64,000 nt of DNA. It comes from Acidimicrobiia bacterium (GTDB lineage Bacteria > Actinomycetota > Acidimicrobiia > Spongiisociales > ZC4RG35). Location of the stretch: assembly GCA_965203555.1 (NCBI GenBank), contig CBDBCY010000004.1, positions 2,464,001 to 2,528,000 of the forward strand, in the 5' to 3' direction. Shown piece after piece: positions 30,626 through 40,319 of this stretch. How positions within the stretch are numbered: the first letter of the stretch is position 1; each line of letters begins with the position of its first letter. The position numbers and the translations under genes were made by a program. Under the pieces are notes generated by a model. The model ran no database searches and was not told where the DNA came from. It was given only the letters and a program-made list of their open reading frames with translations.

Positions 30626-31804
30626 GTGGAGTCAACCGACGCAACCACCCTGATTCTGGTGGGCTTGGCAGCCCTGGCCCTGCCGTTGGCCGCCCGGCGG
30701 CTGCGCCTGCCCCCGGTGGTGTTGGAGATTCTCTTCGGGGTGCTGGTCGGTCCCGTGCTACAGATCGTTGTCTCGACACCGCTGTTGGAGTCTCTTGCCC
30801 AACTGGGCTTTCTGATGTTGATGCTTCTCACCGGTTTCGAGATCAACGTCGGGTTTTTCCAGCGGCAGGGAATAGGTCCGATCCTGGTGGGTCTGCTGGG
30901 GTTCGCCGCCACCCTCACGGCTTCCTGGTTGGCAAGCAGGATCCTGGGCGTCGAGCCTTTCATGGTCATGGTGCTGGCCACGACCTCCGTTGGCCTGGTG
31001 GTGCCCAGCCTCCGCTCGGCCGGGGTGGCCTCCCGTCCCATCGGCCAGGACATCCTTCTGGGCGCGCTCCTCGCTGACTTCCTGACCTTGCTGGGAGTTA
31101 CCGTGATAGCCCTGCTGGTGATGGGGGACGCCGAATGGCGGTTGTTGGGCATCCCGGGGTTCTTCCTGGTCGCCGCCGTGGTCCTGTTGGGCATCAGGCG
31201 GGCGGCATGGTGGCATCCGGACCGGTTCGCCGCCCTATTCGCCGCCGAGGACACCGAGGAGATGGGTATCCGCGCCACCCTGGCTTTGCTGTTCGTGTTC
31301 GTGGGGGTGGCCAGCCTGCTGGGAATTGAAGCTGTGCTGGCCGCCTTCCTGTCGGGAGGCATCATCGCGGTGGTGTTCCGTGAACGAGGGGCGCTCGACC
31401 GGAAACTGTCGGGATTCTCCTACGGTTTCCTGATTCCGATCTTCTTCATCGACGTGGGCATCCGGTTCGACCTGACGGCGGTCACCGACGTGGAAGCCCT
31501 GCTGTTCACCGCCAAATTGGTGGTCGCAGCCTTTGCGGTGAAAACCGCCTCCGCGCTGGTTCTCTTCCTCCGGGGCCACAAGGTTCGATCGGTTGCCGCG
31601 GCCGCCGCCCTCTTGTCCGCCCGTCTGTCGCTGATCATCGTGGTGGCGGAGATAGGACGCCACCTGGGCCTTCTCACCAGGTCACAGGAGAGCAGCATCA
31701 TCCTGCTGGCCATCGTCACCACCACCGTGGCGCCCACCCTGTTCCGGTGGCTGATGCCGGCCTCCACCGGAGAGACAAGCATTCCTCAGGGGGAGCCCGA
31801 GTAG
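30626..31804 (+). CDS. CPA2 cation:proton antiporter
   Basis: About 12 TM helices; LPPVVLEILFG, TTSVG, LAAFLSG, FLIPIFFIDVG. Confidence 0.88.
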   Translation: MESTDATTLILVGLAALALPLAARRLRLPPVVLEILFGVLVGPVLQIVVSTPLLESLAQLGFLMLMLLTGFEINVGFFQRQGIGPILVGLLGFAATLTASWLASRILGVEPFMVMVLATTSVGLVVPSLRSAGVASRPIGQDILLGALLADFLTLLGVTVIALLVMGDAEWRLLGIPGFFLVAAVVLLGIRRAAWWHPDRFAALFAAEDTEEMGIRATLALLFVFVGVASLLGIEAVLAAFLSGGIIAVVFRERGALDRKLSGFSYGFLIPIFFIDVGIRFDLTAVTDVEALLFTAKLVVAAFAVKTASALVLFLRGHKVRSVAAAAALLSARLSLIIVVAEIGRHLGLLTRSQESSIILLAIVTTTVAPTLFRWLMPASTGETSIPQGEPE

Positions 31805-31902
31805 CCGGATACCAGGCCGCCGTCTCGGGTGTTGCCCGGCTGGGAAGGGGGCGCTTGCGTTCGGTTTCTTGCGGGGAGTCCTCAATAGCCGGGGATGACG
31901 GT

Positions 31903-33096
31903 TTAGTTGCCCGGACCGTACAAGCCGTACTGGAGGCGGGGGTCGCCGGGGATGGCGTCGCACCGAACTTGATATGTTTCCCCGATCCAGCGGGAGCGGG
32001 CGATCAGGTTTCGGCCGACCTCCAGGCGCCCGGGTTCCCAGTGCCGCAGAGCCGCCTTCACGTTGCCCGGCTTCTCGGCAATGCAATCGCGTAGAGCAAA
32101 GGCGTCGTCACAGGCCTTGGCGGTGCCTGCCGCCGCATGGGGGCGTACCGCAAAGGCGGCATCCCCGATCACGCACACCCTTCCGCGGGCCATCCGCGGC
32201 GAGGCCACGTCGAAAATCACCTGGATAAAGAGATCCTCGGCGCCGTCCACCACCTCCCTCACCACCGGCGCCATGGTTTCCAACGCCTCCTGTCGGACCC
32301 GGGACAGAATATCGGGCCGGACGAAGCCGGGGGGCACCGACCAGGGGCGCCTCACGCCTTCGGTATCGGTCAGCAGGTCATCCAGTGCAGCGCCTTCGGG
32401 GCAGTTGTAGTACCAGACCAGGTTCATGAGGCGTTCTCCGGGCGCCAGGCTTCCGGTCTGGCTTGGGATGGCATAAGCCAGGGAGTGCCCGTTGGGCATC
32501 AGGCAGTAGACCATGGCGTTGGTGGTCTCATCGGCGGCCGCCGGACTGAGATCCGTTTCGGGAATGGTCCCTCGCCAGGCGACGTACCCGGCGTAGGAAG
32601 GGGAGACGTTCGGGTTGAGGATCGACCTTGCCAGCGAGTTGATCCCGTCGGCCGCCACCAGCAGATCGGTGACGACTGATTCACCGTCGGCGAACCTCAC
32701 CTGGACCTCGTCCTCGGTCTGAGAGAACCCGGTCACCTCTTTGCGCAGGTGATAGCGATCTTCTCCGAAGTCCGACAGAAGGCCCCGGTAAATGGTGTTC
32801 CAAGAACTGATCAGGGAACCGAGGGGTTTCTTGGACAACACCCGACCGCTTCGGTCAAGGAAGGTCCACCAGTAGGGTGCGATCGAGACTTGCCTGGTAT
32901 CGAGCGGGCTGTGCTCGTCGAAGTATCGATAGGTGTGAGGGAGCAGGATGATGCCTGCTCCCCGATCCTGGAGCGCCTCGGAGGAACGCTCGTAGATGTC
33001 CACCTGGCATCCCAGGTCACGCAGCAGCAAACCGGCGGTCAGCCCGCCGATCGACCCTCCCATGACCGCCACCCTGGGCCATCGGCTGGCGGTCAA
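31903..33096 (-). CDS. FAD-dependent monooxygenase similar to 2,6-dihydroxypyridine 3-hydroxylase
   Basis: GGSIGGL, RGAGI, ADGINS, YAGYVAWRG, NLVWY, IGDAAF.VRPH.AAGTAKA. Confidence 0.8.
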   Translation of the reverse strand: MTASRWPRVAVMGGSIGGLTAGLLLRDLGCQVDIYERSSEALQDRGAGIILLPHTYRYFDEHSPLDTRQVSIAPYWWTFLDRSGRVLSKKPLGSLISSWNTIYRGLLSDFGEDRYHLRKEVTGFSQTEDEVQVRFADGESVVTDLLVAADGINSLARSILNPNVSPSYAGYVAWRGTIPETDLSPAAADETTNAMVYCLMPNGHSLAYAIPSQTGSLAPGERLMNLVWYYNCPEGAALDDLLTDTEGVRRPWSVPPGFVRPDILSRVRQEALETMAPVVREVVDGAEDLFIQVIFDVASPRMARGRVCVIGDAAFAVRPHAAAGTAKACDDAFALRDCIAEKPGNVKAALRHWEPGRLEVGRNLIARSRWIGETYQVRCDAIPGDPRLQYGLYGPGN

Positions 33097-33097
33097 G

Positions 33098-33628
33098 TCA
33101 AGCAGATCTCCCGAAGGTGGCGATCCGGTCCACCTTGCAGATGAACAGAACCCTGCGCTCGTTGATCGACGGGTCACGCAGACCGTAAGGAGGCTCGGCG
33201 CCGGTGTACTTGGTCCAGATCCTGTCCAGTTGAGCGGTGACCATCGCGCCCTCGTCGGGATCGTCCTCGGAGACCTCCCGCTCCACGGTGCACTTCATGC
33301 TCATCCAGTGGTAAGGGTTCGCCGGATTCATCAGCATGACGGTGATCTGGGGGTTGGCCCTGATCCAGGAGGTCTTCTTGCGATGGGCCGCCACGTTGAC
33401 CAGCACCCGACTGGCGTCGCCGTCATAGTCAAACCACATTGCAGACAGGTTGGGACGACCGTCCCCGCCCATCACCGCCATCACCGAGGTGACCTGCCCG
33501 TCCATCAGCTGTTTGTGGTCGGGATCGACATCGTTCAACCCGCCGATCCGGACCCGGTCACCTACTGAAAACTGGTTCGGCTGGAGTCCGTCGGCGACAT
33601 CAAGAAACCTGGCCACGGTTATAGACAT
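33098..33628 (-). CDS. Pyridoxamine 5'-phosphate oxidase-like (possibly F420-binding) protein
   Basis: DGRPNLSAMW, R.K...IRANPQI, NPYHW, KY, ERRVLF. Confidence 0.75.
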   Translation of the reverse strand: MSITVARFLDVADGLQPNQFSVGDRVRIGGLNDVDPDHKQLMDGQVTSVMAVMGGDGRPNLSAMWFDYDGDASRVLVNVAAHRKKTSWIRANPQITVMLMNPANPYHWMSMKCTVEREVSEDDPDEGAMVTAQLDRIWTKYTGAEPPYGLRDPSINERRVLFICKVDRIATFGRSA

Positions 33629-33667
33629 TGGGAGTGCTCCTCTCTGGGGTTTCGGGTTCAGAATACC

Positions 33668-35236
33668 CTAGCCGCGGGTCGTCTCGATCACGGGCCGGTA
33701 GGCGGTGGGATCTATGCGGGCGTCGATCAGGCGAGGCCGGGGTCCATCCAGCGCCGCGGTCAGCTGCGAGTGGTTCTCGGCTACCACGCCTTCCATTCCG
33801 CAGGCGCGGGCGATGGCCGCAAAGTCGCTGGTCAGATAACGTACGGCGTCCCGCCCGCCCTGGCCGGGAAGTTGCTTGAGCTCGATCAGGGTGAGGGCGG
33901 CATCGTTGAAGACCACCACCACTACCTGTGCGTGGGTCCTGGCCAGGGTTTCCAACTCGGACAGCACGTAACCCAGGCCACCGTCGCCGGTGAGACAGAC
34001 CGCTGGTCTCAGAGGATTGGCCATAGCGGCGCCCAGGGCGGCGGGGAGTGCATATCCCATGGTGGACAGTCCGTTGGAGATCAGGACCTGCCGGGGCCTG
34101 GTCGCCGGCAGCAAGGGCATCGCCACCAGAAAGTGGGCGCCGGCGTCCAGGGTAACCGTCGCTCCTCCGTGGCCGGCGGACCACTTCTGAACTTCTTGCA
34201 CCACTTGATGGGGAGTGAATCCGGGCCCGTCCTCCCACAGTGATCGGCGAGCGGCGCGCCACGCCATTTGGCCGGCGCCTTCGTCCCAGGAATTGTCGGC
34301 CAGATGGGCGGCCAGGGACTCCAAAATCGCGCCGACCGGACCCTGGACTTCGGCCTGTCCCGGAAAGAAACGGCGAGGTTGAGGCCAGGGGTTCAATTCA
34401 ATGACCGGCGCATCGTATCGGAAGGGCCGGGGAAGGGGTTCCACCGGGTCCACCCCCACCGCCAGCACCAGGTCGCTTTTTTGCAGGAGGGGCGCCTCCA
34501 GAAGGGAACTGGTGAACAGGCCTCCGAATTCGGGGGTGGTCTCGTCGATCAGGCCCTTGGCATGGTAGGTGGTGAGAGCCGGGCAACCCGTGCCGGCCAC
34601 CACCCGTCGCACCTCTTCGATCCAGGGAAGAGCGCCGGCGCCCACGATCAGCAGGGGATGTTCCGCCATACGGGCCAGGCGCCTTACGGATTCGGGAGGG
34701 GTGAGCCCGGCGGAAAGAGCGGGCGGATCCGGAGGTATGTCTCCGGGGACGGTGCTGTCCATGTCCAGATGAACGGCGCCCTGGGGGTGGGCCGTAGCCA
34801 GCCGCACCGCCGCTTCCGACGCCCGCGCCGTGTTGGAGTGTCCCGCCGTGCCGCTCCATTTGGTGACCGGTCCCATCAGGGCGGGTTGATCGAACTCCTG
34901 GTGCCCGACCCAGGAGCGGTCGGGCGCCGCCACGGTGTCCCCCACCAGCACCAGGGGCTGCTTGTCCAAGGTGGCCTGTGCCATCCCGTTGACGGCCGAA
35001 GCCACCCCCGGGCCCCTGGTCACCACCACCGCTCCCACCGTTTCGGTCAGCAGCCCGTAGGTGGAGGCGGCGATGCAGGCGGCAGTCTCGGTGTGGCAGA
35101 GGACGAAGGGGATGCCTTCTTCCGAGGCGGCGCCCACCTTGTGGAGGTTGGGGCCGCCGCCCGGCACTCCGAACAGTCGCCGGGTTCCTCCTGCTATGAG
35201 GCCGGAGACGATCCGGCGAGCCACTGGCGTGGACAT
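33668..35236 (-). CDS. Thiamine-pyrophosphate-dependent enzyme (acetolactate synthase-like)
   Basis: FGVPGGG, HTE, TRGPG, STMGYALP, GDGG...FND. Confidence 0.88.
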   Translation of the reverse strand: MSTPVARRIVSGLIAGGTRRLFGVPGGGPNLHKVGAASEEGIPFVLCHTETAACIAASTYGLLTETVGAVVVTRGPGVASAVNGMAQATLDKQPLVLVGDTVAAPDRSWVGHQEFDQPALMGPVTKWSGTAGHSNTARASEAAVRLATAHPQGAVHLDMDSTVPGDIPPDPPALSAGLTPPESVRRLARMAEHPLLIVGAGALPWIEEVRRVVAGTGCPALTTYHAKGLIDETTPEFGGLFTSSLLEAPLLQKSDLVLAVGVDPVEPLPRPFRYDAPVIELNPWPQPRRFFPGQAEVQGPVGAILESLAAHLADNSWDEGAGQMAWRAARRSLWEDGPGFTPHQVVQEVQKWSAGHGGATVTLDAGAHFLVAMPLLPATRPRQVLISNGLSTMGYALPAALGAAMANPLRPAVCLTGDGGLGYVLSELETLARTHAQVVVVVFNDAALTLIELKQLPGQGGRDAVRYLTSDFAAIARACGMEGVVAENHSQLTAALDGPRPRLIDARIDPTAYRPVIETTRG

Positions 35237-35239
35237 CGG

Positions 35240-35611
35240 TTAGTCGTACAACTCCACGGTGATGAAGCGGATCTCGGTGTCCCCGGCGTTCTCGAAATCA
35301 TGGATCACCGACTCGGAAGGGGTGTGGGGCAAAAAGCTGGTGTCGCCCTCCTCGTATTGACGGATGTGATACACTCCGTCGGCGGTGCGCTGCTTGCCGA
35401 TGCCACCCTTGACGACCGTCCAGAAATAGTGACGGTCGTGAAGGTGGAACCCGCCCCTCTCCCCGGGCTGGAGGCGCACTTCCCACACCCCCACCTCGTC
35501 GTTGCGGAAGAGAAGCTTGGTTCCGATGTGACGGTTGCCTTCCTCGGCTGCGGTCAGTTCCTCTGAGAAGTCCTGGGTGTGATATTGGCCTTTTTCGATT
35601 ATTTCCACCAT
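35240..35611 (-). CDS. Cupin-domain protein
   Basis: VWEVRLQPGE..FHLH...IHDFENAG..EIRFITVE. Confidence 0.8.
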   Translation of the reverse strand: MVEIIEKGQYHTQDFSEELTAAEEGNRHIGTKLLFRNDEVGVWEVRLQPGERGGFHLHDRHYFWTVVKGGIGKQRTADGVYHIRQYEEGDTSFLPHTPSESVIHDFENAGDTEIRFITVELYD

Positions 35612-35642
35612 GCCGGACAAGGCTAGTTGGTCTTCGAAGAAC

Positions 35643-37241
35643 TCAGGGTCGGAGCAACCGGCGGGCGATGACCTTCAGAGCCAGTACTTCTTCGGCCCCC
35701 TCGAAAATGGAGAGAACCCGGGCGTCGACGAAGAGCCGCGAGACCGGGTATTCCTCGGCGTAACCGTACCCTCCGAACATCTGCATGGCGTCCCGGGTGA
35801 TCTGCTCGGCCGATCGGCAAGCCAGGGCTTTCACCATGGAAGCCTGGGTCTGGCCGCGGGGCTGGTCGAGATACCCGGCTACCTGGTAGGCGAATGCCCG
35901 GTGGGAGGTGATCCGCGCCGCCATCTCCCCCAGGCGTTCCCGGGTGAGCGAGTACCTGTCGAGAGCTTTCCCGAACACCTTCCGACCTGCCGTGTAATTG
36001 CGAGCCTCCTCGAATGCCGCCTCCATCAGACCCAGGGCCCGTCCGGCGGTCTGCAGCCTCCCGGTGGCAAAAGCCTGCATTTGCAGGTGAAACCCCCTTC
36101 CCATGCCTTCCTCCTCTCCGATCAGCGCGGACGAGGGAACCACCCAGTCTTCGAACAGCAACTCGAAGCTGTGCATTCCCCGGTAGCCGATGGTGGGAAT
36201 GGCGCGGCCCGACAAGCGCCCTCCTCCCGGCTGGGTGAGAGTGAAGGAGTGGCCGGAGCGGGCCGGCTTCTCCACCACGAACAGTGAAAGCCCGCGATGG
36301 CCTCGATCCGGATCGGGGTGGGTGCGAACCAACACCATTAGCAGTTCGGCCCGTCCGGCGAAGGTGGACCACATCTTGGCGCCGTTAATCATCCAGGTGG
36401 CGCCGTCCCGCCGGGCGGTGGTGGTAACCGAAGCCACGTCGGATCCGAAGTCGGGTTCGGTGACACAGATCGCCACCATCTTCTCGCCGGAGGCGATGGC
36501 TGGAAGCCAACGTTCTTTCTGTGCCCTGGTCCCGCCTCCGGTCAGCGCCCGGGCCAGCATCTCGGGACGGGTGATGAGTGATCCGCCGATTGCCAGTGAG
36601 GCCCGGCTCAGTTCCTCGGTGGCCACCACCATGGCCAGATGGGGAGGGTGATCTTCATCCAGGGATCCCCCGTAACGTTGTGGAATGGACAAACCGAACA
36701 CCCCCAGATCGGCCAGCCCCGATATCACCTCCTCGGGGACATCCAGGTCTTGGCGGTGGACCTGTTCGGCGTGGGGAACGATGACCTCCCGTCCGAACCG
36801 GCGGAACTCGCGGCGGGCCAGCGTCAACTCCGGCCCGAGGCCCGGATCCGGCGGCTGCTCCGCTTCGGCCAGGGTTGGATCGGAGAGCTCGCCGACGCAG
36901 GTAACCAGTTGCCTGATGTCGGGGTCCGCCAGCCACCGGCCGCGCAGGCCCTCCAATTCCCCGAAACGAGCGATGCGTTCGCGGCCGGAGCGGACCAGCA
37001 GGGCGGCGGCCAGCAGGCCGGTGGCCGGTCCCATCCTTTGCTCGGCTACAGCCCGTTCCACCACTCGCAGCTCGGAGGCTTCCGAAGCCAGGAATGCCAC
37101 CTGGTAGGCGAGGCTCTGGCAGCCGTCCAGACCTTGGGGATGAGCGGCCGAGACGTCTTTCACCGTGGCGACCGCGGCTGCGGTTGTGTTCTCCAGGGCC
37201 TCGGCGGCCGCGGAGATTGCGGAGGTGTTGCGTTCGTTCAA
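35643..37241 (-). CDS. Acyl-CoA dehydrogenase, (2S)-methylsuccinyl-CoA dehydrogenase-like
   Basis: Long N-terminal extension; VVATEELSR, GSLITRPE, TEPDFGSD, IGYRGMHSF, GRLQTAGRALG, DARVLSIFEGAEE. Confidence 0.75.
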   Translation of the reverse strand: MNERNTSAISAAAEALENTTAAAVATVKDVSAAHPQGLDGCQSLAYQVAFLASEASELRVVERAVAEQRMGPATGLLAAALLVRSGRERIARFGELEGLRGRWLADPDIRQLVTCVGELSDPTLAEAEQPPDPGLGPELTLARREFRRFGREVIVPHAEQVHRQDLDVPEEVISGLADLGVFGLSIPQRYGGSLDEDHPPHLAMVVATEELSRASLAIGGSLITRPEMLARALTGGGTRAQKERWLPAIASGEKMVAICVTEPDFGSDVASVTTTARRDGATWMINGAKMWSTFAGRAELLMVLVRTHPDPDRGHRGLSLFVVEKPARSGHSFTLTQPGGGRLSGRAIPTIGYRGMHSFELLFEDWVVPSSALIGEEEGMGRGFHLQMQAFATGRLQTAGRALGLMEAAFEEARNYTAGRKVFGKALDRYSLTRERLGEMAARITSHRAFAYQVAGYLDQPRGQTQASMVKALACRSAEQITRDAMQMFGGYGYAEEYPVSRLFVDARVLSIFEGAEEVLALKVIARRLLRP

Positions 37242-37270
37242 ACCAGGCTAAAAATCGTAGGATGGTGGTA

Positions 37271-38479
37271 ATGGGATCCCAAAAGACCGGCCAGATCGCA
37301 ACGCAGGGGATACTAAACGGAATGCGGGTGGTCGAATTGTCCGCCTTCGTGGCGGTTCCGCTGGCCGGTTTGACCCTGTCGTCCCTGGGCGCCGACGTCA
37401 TCAGGGTCGATCCGCCGGGGGGAGGACTCGATTACGGACGTTGGCCGGTGACCGCCGAGGGAAGGAGTCTCTACTGGGCCGGGCTCAATGCCGGGAAGCG
37501 TTCGGTGAACCTCGACCTGCGATCGGAGCAGGGAAGATCGACATTGATTGAATTGATCACCGCGGCGGGGGAAGATGCGGGGATCTTCATCACCAACCTG
37601 TCACCCCGATGGCTTTCCTACGAGCGGCTCTCCGGCATCCGTCCCGACCTGATCATGGTTGCCCTGCGGGGAAACCCTGACGGGTCGGTGGCGGTGGACT
37701 ACACCGTCAACGCGGCGATGGGGTACCCGGCGGTGACGGGCCCGGCGGACGCCGGACCGGTCAATCATGTGCTGCCGGCATGGGACGTCATCGCCGGGAA
37801 CATGGTGGCCAGTGCCGTATTGGCTGCTGAGCGGAAGCGTTTCCGGACCGGGGAGGGGCAACTGGTGCGGCTCTCCCTGACCGATGTGGCCCTTCACACC
37901 GTTTCTGCCCTGGGACATATCGGGGAGGTAGTGGTCAACCGGGATGATCGAGACTCCCACGGCAATTACGTGTTTGGCGCCTACGGTCGTGACTTTTCCA
38001 CTTCTGACGGCAGAAGGCTCATGGTGGTGGTGATCACGGACCGCCAGTGGCATGACCTGGTCGAAGCCACCGGGTCGAAAGAGCACATGGCGCGGATAGA
38101 GAGCGACGCCGGGCTCGACCTGGGTAAGGAGGGTGACAGGTTCCGGGCCCGCCATGAGATCTCCGCCGTGTTGGAACCCTGGTTCGCTTCCCGGACCCTG
38201 GAGGAAGCGGGGAGATTCCTGACCCGGCGCCGCCTGTGCTGGGGGCCCTACCAGACCTTCCGGCAACTGGTTGACGAAGACCCCCGCTGTTCGTTGCAGA
38301 ATCCTCTGTTCGGGGAGGTCGGCCATGCGGGAGTGGGGGAGTATTTGGCCGCCTCGCATCCCCTGGAGTTCGGAGGATGGAGGGTTCCTCCCCGGCCGGC
38401 GCCCCGGATGGGACAGAACACGGAAGAAGTCCTGTCGGAGATTCTTGGTGAGCCGACGCCACAGAACGTCGAAAGGTAG
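37271..38479 (+). CDS. mct: Family III CoA transferase, mesaconyl-C1-CoA/C4-CoA transferase-like (2-methylfumaryl-CoA isomerase)
   Basis: SAFVA.PL, GGLDY.RWPV, SLYWAGLN.GKRS, VDYTVN, VNHVLPAWD, GNY..GA.GRDF, EGDRFRARHEI; close to Chloroflexus Mct as recalled. Confidence 0.82.
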   Translation: MGSQKTGQIATQGILNGMRVVELSAFVAVPLAGLTLSSLGADVIRVDPPGGGLDYGRWPVTAEGRSLYWAGLNAGKRSVNLDLRSEQGRSTLIELITAAGEDAGIFITNLSPRWLSYERLSGIRPDLIMVALRGNPDGSVAVDYTVNAAMGYPAVTGPADAGPVNHVLPAWDVIAGNMVASAVLAAERKRFRTGEGQLVRLSLTDVALHTVSALGHIGEVVVNRDDRDSHGNYVFGAYGRDFSTSDGRRLMVVVITDRQWHDLVEATGSKEHMARIESDAGLDLGKEGDRFRARHEISAVLEPWFASRTLEEAGRFLTRRRLCWGPYQTFRQLVDEDPRCSLQNPLFGEVGHAGVGEYLAASHPLEFGGWRVPPRPAPRMGQNTEEVLSEILGEPTPQNVER

Positions 38480-38816
38480 CCCCCCACCCAACGTCTCTCC
38501 TGCCCCTTTCTTGACGCCGGGTGATGATCGAACTGTCCCATGGCGTCGACTCGAATAGAAACGTATAAGCCTTTTTCGGTGGCCGCGGTGTAAATTGGTT
38601 TGTAAAACTTCGCGATACATGGCGTTTTTGCCCAACCTGGCCTAAATCTCCTTCGAAACGACGGGGTCTGGCCTGGCGGGTTGCGTTGTGGACCGAAGGG
38701 TGGCGCCGACCTCATCGGGAAACCGGGCCGGACACAACGAAGCGGGCGCTGCTCCACGCCACGCTGCCTACCCTTGGAGCAGGACGGCAAGGACCCTTGC
38801 GGAGGTTGGTCCCATC

Positions 38817-40319
38817 GTGGTCGGATTTCGGCTGGAGAGAGCCCTTCTCTCAGTCTCGGACAAGCGGGGAATCGTTGAATTCGCTCGCGGTCTGGAAGGA
38901 ATGGGAGCGGAGATCGTATCATCAGGGGGGACTGCCGGCGCCCTCAGGACAGCGGGAGTGGAAGTCATTCCAATAGAATGCGTGACCGGATTCCCCGAGA
39001 TGCTGGACGGTCGGGTCAAGACTCTTCATCCCCACATTCACGGGGGAATTCTTGCCGATCCGGATGACCCCGCCCATCGGGACGATTTGCTCCGGTTCGG
39101 AATTGCTCCCTTCCAGTTGGTGGTCTGCAACCTCTATCCCTTTGGCGAGCGTCCCGGGGTGGAGCAGATCGACATCGGAGGCGTGACATTACTGAGGGCC
39201 GCGGCCAAGAACCATGCGCATGTGGCGGTGGTCTCCTCGCCATCCCAATATGGGGAGGTTACGGACGCCTTGAACTCCCAGGGGTTGGATCAGGCGTTCC
39301 GCCGACGGCTGGCAGTGGAGGCTTTCGCTCATACCGCCTCCTACGACGCCGCCATCGCCGGTTGGATCGGGCGTGCCCAAGCCCTTCCGGATCCCCTGGT
39401 GATCACCTTGCGGCGCAAGCAGATGACCCGCTACGGGGAAAACCCCCACCAGCGGGGAGCGTTGTACGTCCCCGAGCGGGGCGGGTTCTGGGGAAGCTCG
39501 GTCCGGCGCATCCAGGGAAAAGCGATGTCCTACAACAATTACGCCGACGCCGAGGCAGCGGTAAGGCTGGCAGCCGATCTGGAGGAGTCGGGTTGTGTGA
39601 TAGTGAAACACGCCAACCCCTGCGGGGTGGGAACCGGCGGCGATGCTGCTGAAGCCTTCGCCCGGGCCTGGGAGGGGGACCCGTTATCGGCCTTCGGTGG
39701 AGTGGTCGCATTCAATCGTCCGGTCGGCGCCGTGGCGGCGCGGGCTTTGATCGAGGTGTTCGTGGAGGTGGTTGCAACCCCCCGGGTGGCGCCGGAGGCC
39801 GCCGAAATACTTTCCCAAAAACCCAACATGCGGGTTCTGGAGATGCCGCTTCGGTGGGAAAACGAGAGAGAGGTGCGGTCTTTGGGACCCGACTTCCTGG
39901 TGCAGACTCCCGACCGGACGGAGGTGTTCTCCGAGGAGTGGCAGGTGGTGTCCCAAGTGGCCCCTGACGCCCGCCGGCGGTCTGATCTTCGCTTGGCCTG
40001 GGTGGTGGCGGCCCATGCAAAGTCGAATGCGGTGGTGCTCTGCAAAGACGGCCGATCGGTGGGGGTGGGCGCCGGCCATCAGAGTCGGGTGGGAGCGGCC
40101 AACCATGCTGTTTTGACCGCCGGAGACCGCGCCGAAGGTGCGGTGGCGGCCTCCGACGGGTTTTTCCCTTTTAGAGACAGTATTGACGCCCTAGCATCTG
40201 TAGGCGTGGTTGCAGTCGTTTCACCCCGAGGATCGATGCGCGACGCGGAGGTAATCGCTTCCGCCGACCAACATGGGATGGCGCTTGTACTTACCGGACG
40301 AAGGCACTTCCGGCACTGA
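38817..40319 (+). CDS. purH: Bifunctional AICAR transformylase/IMP cyclohydrolase
   Basis: ALLSVSDK, GRVKTLHP, NLYPF, IDIGG, RYGENPHQ, KHANPCG, ASDGFFPF, RHFRH. Confidence 0.97.
   Translation: MVGFRLERALLSVSDKRGIVEFARGLEGMGAEIVSSGGTAGALRTAGVEVIPIECVTGFPEMLDGRVKTLHPHIHGGILADPDDPAHRDDLLRFGIAPFQLVVCNLYPFGERPGVEQIDIGGVTLLRAAAKNHAHVAVVSSPSQYGEVTDALNSQGLDQAFRRRLAVEAFAHTASYDAAIAGWIGRAQALPDPLVITLRRKQMTRYGENPHQRGALYVPERGGFWGSSVRRIQGKAMSYNNYADAEAAVRLAADLEESGCVIVKHANPCGVGTGGDAAEAFARAWEGDPLSAFGGVVAFNRPVGAVAARALIEVFVEVVATPRVAPEAAEILSQKPNMRVLEMPLRWENEREVRSLGPDFLVQTPDRTEVFSEEWQVVSQVAPDARRRSDLRLAWVVAAHAKSNAVVLCKDGRSVGVGAGHQSRVGAANHAVLTAGDRAEGAVAASDGFFPFRDSIDALASVGVVAVVSPRGSMRDAEVIASADQHGMALVLTGRRHFRH

Noticed and set aside
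38680-38750. THF-I or ZTP riboswitch assignment
   Set aside because: Only short matches (ACGAAGCG); the conserved cores are missing. Kept as an unassigned leader.
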